The position numbers were made by a program, and so were the translations under genes. The notes beneath the pieces were generated by a model, which was given only the letters and a program-made list of their open reading frames with translations, made no database searches and was not told the origin of the DNA. Shown here piece after piece: positions 13,601-25,100 of a stretch of DNA of 64,000 nt; the first letter of the stretch is position 1, and each line of letters starts with the position of its first letter. The stretch is from Lingula anatina (taxonomy: Eukaryota; Animalia; Brachiopoda), in the NCBI GenBank assembly GCA_051362555.1, contig CM120645.1, forward strand, positions 13,144,001 through 13,208,000. The letters run 5' to 3'.

Positions 13601-16600
13601 AAAAATTGCACAGAATGTCTAAGAGAATAAATATTCTTGAGAGTATTAAAAGAATGTTTAGAAAAGATGGGGAGGGGGTAAATGAATATGACGGAGCATA
13701 CCTTTATGCCTTAGCACCACTAACTTATAGAAATGGGGGGGAAAAGGCACTTGTCATGCATGGAAAAAATTCAGGTGACAGCATGGAGGAAATGTGTTGT
13801 AAGCATGATGGATGTAACAGTCATACTAATGTTATGAGCAATGCATATTTCATGTATATACATATGTATGTAGGTTTAGGAGGTACAGTGGAGTTCATAC
13901 ATTTAAAAAGACACATGCTTATCAGCTTTGGGGGAACCTATTCCATTTTAGTATAAGGCTTCGTTCACATGCAATGTCTATTTTCTAAAAATCTATTTTC
14001 TATTCGCGCTATCTTATGATCACGGTCTGTGCCCTGAATATCCCGCCGCGTAATTACTGGCAGCGCGAGCCAGTTACTTAAAGTAACTTATAGTAACTGG
14101 CTCGCGCTGCCAGTAATTACGCGGCGGGATATTTAGGGCACAGACCGTGATCACAACACATGCCGCGAATAGAAAATAGAATTTAGAAAATAGACATTGC
14201 ATGTGAACGAAGCCTAAGCCTTTTATTATTAAAGTAACAAAAACCAAAGCTGCCATTAAATAGCAATAAGCAAGGCTTATGAACTCACCCTAGTCTAAAC
14301 CCACCTAATTAGATCACCTTGAGGTTCAGAATTTAATGGAAACTTAAATCCACTGTCTATAACATTACTGGGAGTAGGAGAGATATGCTGAAAGTGGATG
14401 CAAGTTTCCAGTAAACTCTCTAACTCATGGTTATCATATGATATCTTGTATATTTTCATCCCATCACAGCACATGGAATCACCTGGCATTTACTTGCAGT
14501 TCAGTGAGAATGGAGTCATATTATTATTATAATACTATGTATTATAAATATATTGTAGTTTGTTGGCAAATTAATATAGTTGATAAATATTATACATGTA
14601 TATATTTTGGCATGAAACTACCCCAAATCTTACCTCTGCCACTGGATGTGGCAGAGAAATGCTGATTTAAGATGGGAATTTTCAATTGCCTTTGGAATTC
14701 TGGATGCACGGGATGCATGCTTTTATATACAGAATAATAAGTATGTTATTATTGCACAGCTTCAAGTTTGTACTGTGACTGTTTTGTATGCTTAAATCTA
14801 TATTGTCAGTTTTTGAAAAAGGCAGAGTCATGGTGTTATTATAAAGAGGTTGGTTCACGGTCACTTTAGGATGTTTGATATTGTTTTGGGAAATATTCCA
14901 TACTTGAATCATCACAGAGAGTGACAGTGTGTGTATTTAGATATGAGGATTTAATTTAATGAATTTTACAAAATAATTGAAATAAAGGAAAGAAAAGAAG
15001 TAAGGATTGTGTAGGAAGCATTCATATACATTAGATCTGTGATTTGTTGCAGGAATGACCGAGAAATGAACAACTTCATCTCTATGCTGAGTACCACTCT
15101 AGTTATGAACAAAGAGGAAGATGTCTCGGACAGCGAGGAGAGAGAGGGAGGTGACGAATTTGATGTTGACGACATCAAGCAGGCATCACCTAAAGAAACA
15201 CCAAAGAGCCAGCAGCTACACAGAGTTCAATCAGCACCAGGTGAACTTTATGGGTTACATTATCTTATTATTTGAGATGAACAGAGAATAGATTTGTCAT
15301 AATGAAAAAAAATGATTCAGTGGTTTTTTGACATCCATGTGGCATTCACTGCAAAAAAAAAAAAAAAAAAAAAAAGACTGAAAAGATAATGAAGAATATA
15401 CAGTTATGAGACAGTATGATTCTTTTCAATTTGAAAATTCAAGTAAACCATTCAAAGCTACCAAACTATTATGAAATGGACCTTTCCTATTTCATATGCA
15501 GGACTTACTGGTAAAATTATGCCCAATTAGAAGTGCATTCATGTTAAGGGATTGCAAAATTACAAATAAATATGTTGAGCATGGCCAATTTCTGCATCCA
15601 CGTATGTATTAAAGAAATATATGAACTTATTTTCTATCTCTTCAGGGATAGGTGCAAGGACATTGAGCTCATCAGGAAGACTGATGGAGAGAATTAATAT
15701 GCTCAGGAGGTGAGGAACGGTATTAAAATATTGGAAATAGAAAAAATTCATTTTCTTTATTTAATTTGTTCAGCTATAAAATTACTGGATGTTTATAGCC
15801 TGACATTTTAGTCAGACCCATTTATCTTTAATTATTAAAATGCTGTTTAGAATACTGTTGAAATCAATTGTACTATAAACTATTTTCTTGGTTTTTGCTA
15901 TAAGATGACTGAATATATAGAGCTCAATGTTTTAGTCAGACCCATTAAATCTTAATTAAAATGCTATTTAAAATGTATTGTTTTGAACTGAATCTTATTA
16001 TATTTATTTGGTTCTGCTATAAGATCTATAAGATTACTGAAAGTTTAGAGTACAAAGTTTTTGTTAGGCCCATCAATCTTTTTAAAACTATTACAGTGCT
16101 ATTTAGAATATGTACCATTCATATAAATCATGTTTGACCAGAATGTGATCTCATTTCTAGGGACTGTGTGCGGGGTTTGGGAGTGGAAAAGCTGCACAAG
16201 GCGTATGAGATCCTAGACAATGATGAGGAGGAAGAACAAGAGGTAGATGATGATATAAGATTTTCTGATAGATACTGGTCATGACACAAACAAACAAACG
16301 ATTGAATAAATTGCAAAGTAGAAAAAATAATGATATAATAATTTTGATGATAAAAGTTAATTGACTCTATAAAATGTAGTTTTAGGCTATTTTCAAAAAC
16401 TGTCTGTGCTGCATTGAAAGTAAAATAATTAAGCACTTTGCCCTTTATTTCTGTAAAGATTTGTAGCAGCTTGTGTATCCTGTCACTACCAGTGGAGATC
16501 TATGGTCCAGCTACTTTTACCAGATATTTGATACCTGTGTATGCTATTATCAACATTGACTTTTGTTGCTGTCGTGATGTTTCTTCCCTTCTCTTCTCCA

Positions 16601-16741
16601 AACAAAACATATTAATCTATCTTCCCTTCATCATTTCAGCCACGCCTGGTTGCCCTGTTGGGCAAAGACGACTTTGACATCTATGCTGGCAAGATATGGC
16701 AGTTGAAGTTCTGTGAGGAGTCAGCTTTTGGATTGAACTGA
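7630..16741 (+). CDS. NEK4: NIMA-related serine/threonine kinase Nek4 (about 684 aa with the micro-exon)
   Basis: Exons: 7630-7734, 8158-8424, 8714-8814, 9045-9141, 9501-9608, 10110-10264, 10540-10750, 11036-11140, 11431-11595, 11895-12068, 12492-12589, 13189-13221 (optional), 15053-15240, 15646-15709, 16161-16242, 16640-16741; frame stays open. Kinase motifs [55 protein letters not shown]; C-terminal [11 protein letters not shown]...WQLKFCEE resembles the NEK4 tail. The central low-complexity exons are less certain. Confidence 0.9.
12143..12317. mobile_element. Harbinger-like MITE
   Basis: Inverted arms TTTCACAAAAAAACTTAAGTCA..TTCCCTGGCT / AGCCAGGGAATGACTTAAGTTTTTTTGTGAAA; CAG on both flanks. 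Confidence 0.7.
13957..14214. mobile_element. PIF/Harbinger (Tourist-like) fold-back MITE
   Basis: TAA|GGCTTCGTTCACATGCAATGTCTATTTTCTAAA ... TTTAGAAAATAGACATTGCATGTGAACGAAGCC|TAA; almost the whole 258 bp is palindromic. Confidence 0.85.
15770..16115. repeat. Degenerate about 125-bp tandem repeat (3 copies) in a NEK4 intron
   Basis: GCTATAA...TTTTAGTCAGACCCATT...ATGCT.TTTA.AAT recurs near 15773, 15897 and 16016. Confidence 0.6.
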
Positions 16742-19700
16742 GATGAAGAGAAACTCAGCGAGGAAACAGGGATCACTTTTACCAACAGGCATAAATCAGA
16801 AGCTGGTTTTAAATCTGAGGCAGAAATTGGTGCACTTCAGTTGATGATAAACCTGTAGAAATTCACTAGAAATAAGTATATAGCTATTGTTACATTTCTT
16901 TCTTTTTTGTGAAATGAGCATAATATTTTCTTTTTAAGTGAAATACTATTGATTTATCTTCTGCTCAAGTTGAACCAATTTTGTAATCTTATAGTTCAAA
17001 CCAACTTTTGTGAAAATAGCCCCTAAAAATGTGTGGTGACAGGACCCATTGTATACAGTTGCCCTACTTTTGCATACAACACAAAAATCTCCCCAGCAGT
17101 GCTGATTTCAAATTCTTCCACTCTTTCAGTTGGGTAATAAACACAACATAGTAATATATTCATATGCATTTCTTTAAGTATGTTTAATTGTTTCATTGAC
17201 GAGGTTTGAGCGACACTTATCCCAGAAGGAAGGCATGGAGAATCCTTAGTCACAGGCAGGCAACGAGTATGCAATTAAGGATAGTTTGTATGTTTTACCT
17301 CACTAACACACCCCATCTGAAAAATGAGCAGACAAGCATGACATCCTTGATACTACTTAATCCAAATACATAAAGTGTACTTATTTTTAACAACATAGAT
17401 TAAAATCATGAAGATGAGAGCGTCATTAGCGTTTCTAGGATTATTTCTGTTTGTTAGTAGGACAAGAATCAGTAGGATTCTTGTTTGCACTAGCTGTATC
17501 ATATCAGGGTCTGCCTTAGAAAAAACAACACTTATTATCTTATAGCACTATTTTTGCTAATATGATCAACTAATATTTCATTATTTTAATGCATGTTAAC
17601 ATGTAAGGGATAGTGATTCCTGAGTCACTTGATCTTGGTATATTTATTATGTTAAGTGTAGAATAGAATTACTTGAAGTGTGTAAATAGATAAAATAATG
17701 TAGTTGTTTTTATTTATCAGGGTACACCATTAAATCACTTAATTTGTATTGTAGTTAGCTTCTTCAGCCTCAAAGCTAGTTCTTGGATTAAGTTGGGTGT
17801 AAACTTAATAATGGCATGCAAACAACCTGAATGCAGTTACTGAACATACAAATGGAATTTTAAAAAGTATTTAAGTGGATCCCTCTTGATTTAAATTAGG
17901 CCCTATGTTGCCATGCATGAAATAGACCCTGCATTTAGGGTGAAAGAGGTGCAGTTTCAGAGTTTCAGAGGGTTGTTGAATTGCTTCTATGCCTAGCCAG
18001 AGAACCTTAGAAATTGTTGGTGTTCTGAAGCACAACTTGGATAATTTGGAGACATATCCCCCTGAGTTTCAGTGCATTGTTGACTGACCTCTTTACCAGC
18101 AGTTTTATGATAAAATAAAACATGATTATTATGGTTAGACACCACCCAGTGCTCTGAAACTCAGGGTGGGACATTAAAAAGTAGGTCACACCGGTGTTGC
18201 CCCCCCCCCCCCCACCTTAAACAGAAAGCACCTGCTTGAATACTGCCCTGTTAGTGGACCCTGAATCTCACTGGTCAGCTGCTGATACACAAGGCACTGC
18301 ATGCAGATTAACATTCCAGTTTGCTTGGTTTATAACTTTTATTTATTCATTTTTTAAAAATAAAATAATGGTAATATATTCCAGGAATTAGATGTGTAAT
18401 TCCTTGATATAATATACAGTGTTTGTGCATCACTCCTGGTGTTTCTCATGGGAGTGAGTTCTATATTTTATCATTTTGTTTTTGTCATTGACTTATAGAT
18501 AGCCAGTAGTTTTAGATATACGACATGTGGCATGTTGCGTTTCCAATCAAGAGAGGTCAGCCCAAGTCAGTATGACTGTATTGGTAGGTCATTGATCTTA
18601 TGATTATAAATTGACCTGCTGATATGGGGTCCTTCCTAGATAGGTTGCCCTGATCCGACTGGAAACTTGACTTACAGTGTAAAAAGTCATATACAAGTAT
18701 CTGTTTGACCACTTGAATATGATGTAATGGATTCCTAATTAGAGATACTCATACAATCAGTATTTAATGGCTATTAATCAATATAAATGAACATGATGTG
18801 ACATCATGACTTATTTGGTAATTCAGGCCACCATAATTTTAATTAGATTATGATTTATATGTTGTACATTGGTGATTTGTGTAGTGATATGCCTTATTTG
18901 CCCGACTTGTGATTGCCCATTAGTAAGATGATGCCTTTATATTAGTGATCAATTAAGAAGACCAAAATGTCTTTTAATCCGTCCCTATGAAAACTAGCAT
19001 GATAACCAGGCTGGTCCAGGAAAAGTTTTAAAAAAAGATAATTGTCATTTGTGTTGTGAGTTTGTTGTTCCCATTTATTCAGTCACCTGACTAAAGAGTC
19101 AGAATTTCAATCTGGTGAGCACATCTTGATTTGTATTTGTTTTGTGTTATTCTTCATTTTAGTATTTCATGTACAGTTTGGTAATTATTTCAGTTAATAC
19201 TTTATGGATACATATAAAGAGAGAAAACTATCTACAAGTATGAATGAAATCAGAAAAAAAGTGCAAGAATGTGCAAAGTTTTTATGTCAGATGATTATTT
19301 CATTAGTTAATTTATATTATTTCTGTTCATTTTCCAGACCTTGATTGTTGATTATTTTTGGGAAGAATGTTTGTCGTTTCTGTTTGTTCATTTGATTTTA
19401 AATTCATAAGAATTGTTATTGAGAATTATATTTAATAGCCTATGTACCATAAGTGATTGGTTAATTTTTTATGCAGCTTTACTTATGTATACATATCAAA
19501 CAATTTTCAGTGTGACTGATGCACCTTCTTAACTGACAGATTGATAAGTAGAGATGTTACAAGTAGAAAGAAATTTATTTGTTTGGTGTGATAACATGTA
19601 TCATGTTTAAAGTAAAATGAGCAGTTGCTAAAGCAAAAAAAGTATATAAAAATTTAATAATAAAAAATCTTGGTTTTGTGTTATTTATTTACCTCAGATG

Positions 19701-22142
19701 GAAAAGGGCAAAATTCTGACAATTTTATTTTACCTGTAAAGACCATTTTTGTAACAATTTACCAACCACTGGAAGACAATTCTTTGTGCTCCATTTTAAT
19801 ATTCCATGCAGTTATTATGGTACTATTTAAAAAAGTATGGATTAATCATAGCAGATTTTTGCACCAATCCTACAATCAAATTTATTTCACCCATTCACAT
19901 GTTGATATTGTCATCACATTTAATTACAGAATGTGTACTTAATGAAGGCATGGACACGATTGGCGTGCCAAGAATCGATGTGACACTTCTATGATTCAAT
20001 ACCATAAATACAGAGATAAAATGTCTAACTTTTCATCAATTGTTTTATGCGAGTTGCATGCATATCTTGTAAACACAGGTGTTGTAGCAATAATCTACAA
20101 AAATCGTTGGAATTACATCAAGTTAACACTTTCATAAAATGAAAAATTCAGTCTAAGACAAGGAACTGAATGAGAACATTTATTACAATTTCAGACAAAC
20201 ATAGTTGGTATTATTTCATATACCACAGACTTCACAAGCACCAATGAAACATTTTACATAATGTCATTCCAATCAAAGCCTATAAATAATTATAATATCA
20301 AGTTTTAGCATCTTAATTTCTACATCAGGGTTTTTGATCTTTGCAGTACGTTACTTAATTGTGTTGAAATAGAAAAGGCCTAATTTTACAAATCAACACA
20401 ATTATACACCGGAATGCTCAGAAGACATATGCAAATAACATCCACAAAATGAACAAATTTTTAAAAAGTTTAAAGAATAACAGAGAGAAATACTCATGTG
20501 CTAATGCTAACTAACTTTCTAATGCTATTAAAGATTAGAGTATTACACGAAAGACTGATGAACTGTCATGCAAGAAATTGTATGATTATTTCTTTCACCC
20601 AAGAAAAAATAATAAATTGCAACTAGAAACCATCACTTATGATATTATTAAAATTCTTCGATTGATTTAATTTGTTTTCACACCCTTTATCATATGATAT
20701 TATTGATAACAAAGATCCCTTAGCATTTGAGTTACCCCCCCCTTCTGTTCCCAGCTCACCCCCAATAAAAACCCTTGTGCACCTTTTAGCAAATCCTAGG
20801 TGCCACAGTGCAGATATCACTTCTTCACTTAATTGCCTCTGCTGTAAACAAATGAATATCTAAAATAAAACTTGTACTGTGGAGAAAATTTGGCTTTGAA
20901 ATATGCAGCTCTGGCACTGTACATATCTTATGGAGTAACATGAAATTATTTTCAGGTTTCTGATTGTAAATGATCACTGTATAATTGGTTAGCGGGTATA
21001 GACTAGTATATATGCAACTGGTAGTTGTGTACAGACTTGTGTATATGCAGTTCTATAACCTCATTTGCCTGTTGTATAGTCTGATAAACAGACCATGCAT
21101 CTACATTCTGCACTTGCCACCGAGGCACATCTTGTTTCCATATTACAAAACCATTTTTAAGTCCCAGTGTATAACAATACTGACTGATATTTTGGTAAAT
21201 TAACAAATTGATTTAAGCATATCAACAAATATCTCCTGACCTCTAATTGGCCATAGGTCCATAAATAAAAAGGGGGATGAGTAAAATCTCTAGCATTCTT
21301 CACTACAATGCTATAACAAAAATCAGATTTTTGGATCAAATATTGCTCAAAAAATTGTTATCCCAATACAGTGCCACACTCATACAAGACATCTGGTTCT
21401 GTTGATGGAAGACCTATTTCTGACTAAAAATTAAGCTGCAACATGATTTTGTTCACAAGGTGAAAAAAAAAAATTATATAAATTGAAACTTCAGTTACAA
21501 AGGCTGAAAATAACCTACTCACCTTAAAAATGAAAATGCTTTAAACATGTGACTTTACAAAATTAAAAAGAGAGAAATTGTGCTTAAGTAATATATTTAA
21601 TGATCATCAAGGCATATTTTTTGCAGCAAGGAGCTGTTGCTTTCAGTCAACAGTAAAAAATGACTGTCTGTTTGCATTAGTTGATAGGAAAATTACATTT
21701 TGATTGCTACTTGTTTGAGAAGTAATGAACCAGATGATGAACAATGTTAAATTTAAAACCTACATTGAACATTAGATTTACATGTAAATGACACATTACA
21801 CTGAGAAAAAATTGCAAGCACAAATCATGTTTTTCCAATACGAAATAAGGTTTTTTGTTCTGGTTTGTTTTTCTCAAAGTCTTGAAAAACTGGAGAATAA
21901 TGACTAGAAGTCCAACAATTTTAGTATTTATCAAAGATCTTAGATGCTAGCATGAGCAATGATTTTTGGCAAATATCATTACACATGCATATAAAGTCTG
22001 TATATTTTCTCAATCAAAACCATAACATCTGCGCAACAAAAACAAATAATACTAACAGCTACAAATAGGTTTGTCCTCCATTTATAAAAAAAAACACATA
22101 CCCATAATTAAACATTATTTTTAAACAATCAGAAGCATACAG

Positions 22143-25100
22143 TCATACATCTCTCTCTTTAAAATGGAGTACATCTACACAGCTGCTCGGGCCATTGAGG
22201 GACAGTCCACCTATGATGTAGATGCTGCCCCCTAGTGTCACGCTGGTACATGAACAGTGAGTGGACGGCACATGAGACAACCGCGTCCAGTTGTTGGTGG
22301 CGGGATCGTACACTTCGGCCGCCTCCAAAGGCTTCCCTTCATTGCCTTAAATCATATTTAAAAAAAATACATTTAAATAAGTTAAACATCAAAAAGTTTT
22401 CAGGGCACCCTGCAATTTTAACCAGTGACAGCAATCTATATGGGTTAAACTGAAATTAGTTCAGATAAAATAATCTTAATTTGATCAGTTAATAATATCA
22501 AGCTTTTTCAACAACAGATTTTTGAAATGGTAAAAAAATGATTTATTGGGAACGTCAAATAACAATCTATTATTTCAGGTAAAAAACAAAACAAAATATC
22601 TTGAATCTGAAACAATACAGAGATTCCATTTTAACATACATTATAATACTTACCTAATCCCCCCGCCACTATCACTTTTCCATTCAACACGGCAGTTGTG
22701 AAGTCCCCTCGTCTGGAGGGCATAGGAGTGCCCACTGTCCACTCACCTGGAAATTTTAACACAAAAATTTGCTTTTTTTTCCCTGGAAATTTGTTTAAAA
22801 ATGCAAAATTTTACCTCCTAAGGCAGTGTGTATATTTGTGATGGGGCTGTGTGATATGTAACAACAATGACATTTATCAGATCCTAAAATCTACGAAAAA
22901 TTTCTCATGGAGAAATGTGCAAAAAATAAAAAATAAAAAATAAATTAAAATAAATAAATAATAATAATAAAAATAAAATATTAAATATAAATTCTAACAT
23001 TGAATTAATTCATTCAGTGAATATTCACTCAACATACTTTATGAGCAAAATAGGCAAATTCTGACATATAAGCCTATATCACTGCAAAAAGCATGCCATG
23101 TCATGTTTACAAACAAAGTCAAGTATGCAACCTCTCTCACCTTTTTCTATATCAAAGATTTCACAACAATTTGCAAAGCCATTCTTAGGGTTTTGATTGA
23201 GGCCGCCGAGACTGAAGATTTGTGTTTCTGACATAATGTAGCCTGGAAAAACCCTCTTACTGGGAATGTTGGGAAGTTTCTGCCACTTGTTTTCATCAAA
23301 GTCGAACACTTCAAATGTGTTCACTGGAACTTTACCTTGTCTGCCACCTATAGGGAAGAAATGGAATTAAGGACCTCAGGTTTTGTACTCTAGGAACACA
23401 CTGTGGAGATAAATCACCAGATTCTTGGGCTAATTACCAACATAGATATACCTAAATAACATGGCCAACGTTACCAAGGTGCAGATTTTTAAAAGATAAA
23501 TCAATATTGCACACATGAAGCAGCAGAGAAATTATTTTTCAGTATTTTACTACTACCACAGTCATAATTTTAAAAAAACTGCCTTTCCTAATTTTTCCTA
23601 TTTCTTTTTAAAAAAAAGGAAATTTCTAGTAAGTTTCAGCTCTAGTAATCTCATTTATAACTAGAGGATCAGAGAGGCGATACCGCCTCCGAATATTGTA
23701 CCACCAGCTGGAGCAAGCACATTCGTATAGACCCCCACATACACAAAATAAGGGACACAGCCACCAGTTTTGTGCTTGACAAGCTGTAAAAATGCAATCA
23801 ACAAGAATTTTTAAACTATTGCAAAAAATATATATGGTACAATCAAATTTAAGTTCTTCGTAAGGTAGGTCAAGGGTCAATTTCAAGGTCACAGTAAATT
23901 GCCAGTATATGACTTCCTATTCAAGTTCAAGAGTAACTATGGACCTATCTCTGTCAAGTTTGAAGTTAAAAGAGAAAGAAATTAGCAGAGTTCAGTTCAT
24001 GATAAAAAGTAGGTCAAAGGTCAATTTCAAGGTCACATTTAGATTGCCAGTATATGACTTTCTATTCAAGTTCAATAGTAACTATGGACCTATCTCTGCC
24101 AGTTTTGAAGATAAAAGGGAAGCAAAATTTGCAAAGTTCAGTTTATGGTGAAAAGTAGGACAAAGGTCAATTTTAATGTCACATTTATAATGCCAGTATA
24201 TGACTTCCTATTCAAGTTCAATAGTAACTACGGACCTATCTTAGCCAGTTTTGGAGATAAAAGGAAAGCAAAATTTGCAAAATTCAGTTTATGGTGTAAA
24301 GTAGGTCAAAGGTCAATTTTAAGGTCACATTTAGATTGCCAGTATATGACTTCCTTTTCAAGTTCAATAGTAACTATGGACCTATCTCTGCCAGTTTTGG
24401 AGATAAAAGGAAAGCAAAATTTGCAAAGTTCAGTTCATGGTGAAAAGTAGGTCAAAGGTCAATTTCAAGGTCACATTTAGATTGCCAGTATATGACTTTC
24501 TATTCAAGTTCAATAGTAACTATGGACCTATCTCAGCCAGTTTTGGAGATAAAAGGGAAGCAAAATTTGCAAAATTCAGTTCATGGTGAAAAGTAGGTCA
24601 AAGGTCAATTTCAAGGTCACATTTAGATTGCCAGTATATGACTTCCTATTCAAGTTCAATAGTAACTATGGACCTATCTCTGCCAGTTTTGGAGATAAAA
24701 GAGAAGAAAAATTTGCAAAGTTCAGTTTATGGTGAAAAGTAGGTCAAAGGTCAATTTTGAGGTCACATTTAGATTGCCAGTATATGACTTCCTATTCAAG
24801 TTCAATAGTAACTACGGACCTATCTCAGCCAGTTTTGGAGATAAAAGGAAAGCAAAATTTGCAAAATTCAGTTCATGTTGTAAAGTAGGTCAAAGGTCAA
24901 TTTTAAGGTCACATTTAGATTGCCAGTATATGACTTCCTTTTCAAGTTCAATAGTAACTATGGACCTATCTCTGCCAGTTTTGGAGATAAAAGGGAAGCA
25001 AATTTTGCAAAGTTCAGTTTATGGTGAAAAGTAGGTCAAAGGTCAATTTTAAGGTCACATTTAGATTGCCAGTATATGACTTCCTATTCAAGTTCAATAG

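Noticed and set aside
16739-16858. Stop-codon readthrough or selenocysteine at the NEK4 TGA (about 38 open codons follow)
   Set aside because: The stop falls where the NEK4 C-terminal motif ends, the context is TGA-G rather than TGA-C, and I saw no SECIS-like element.
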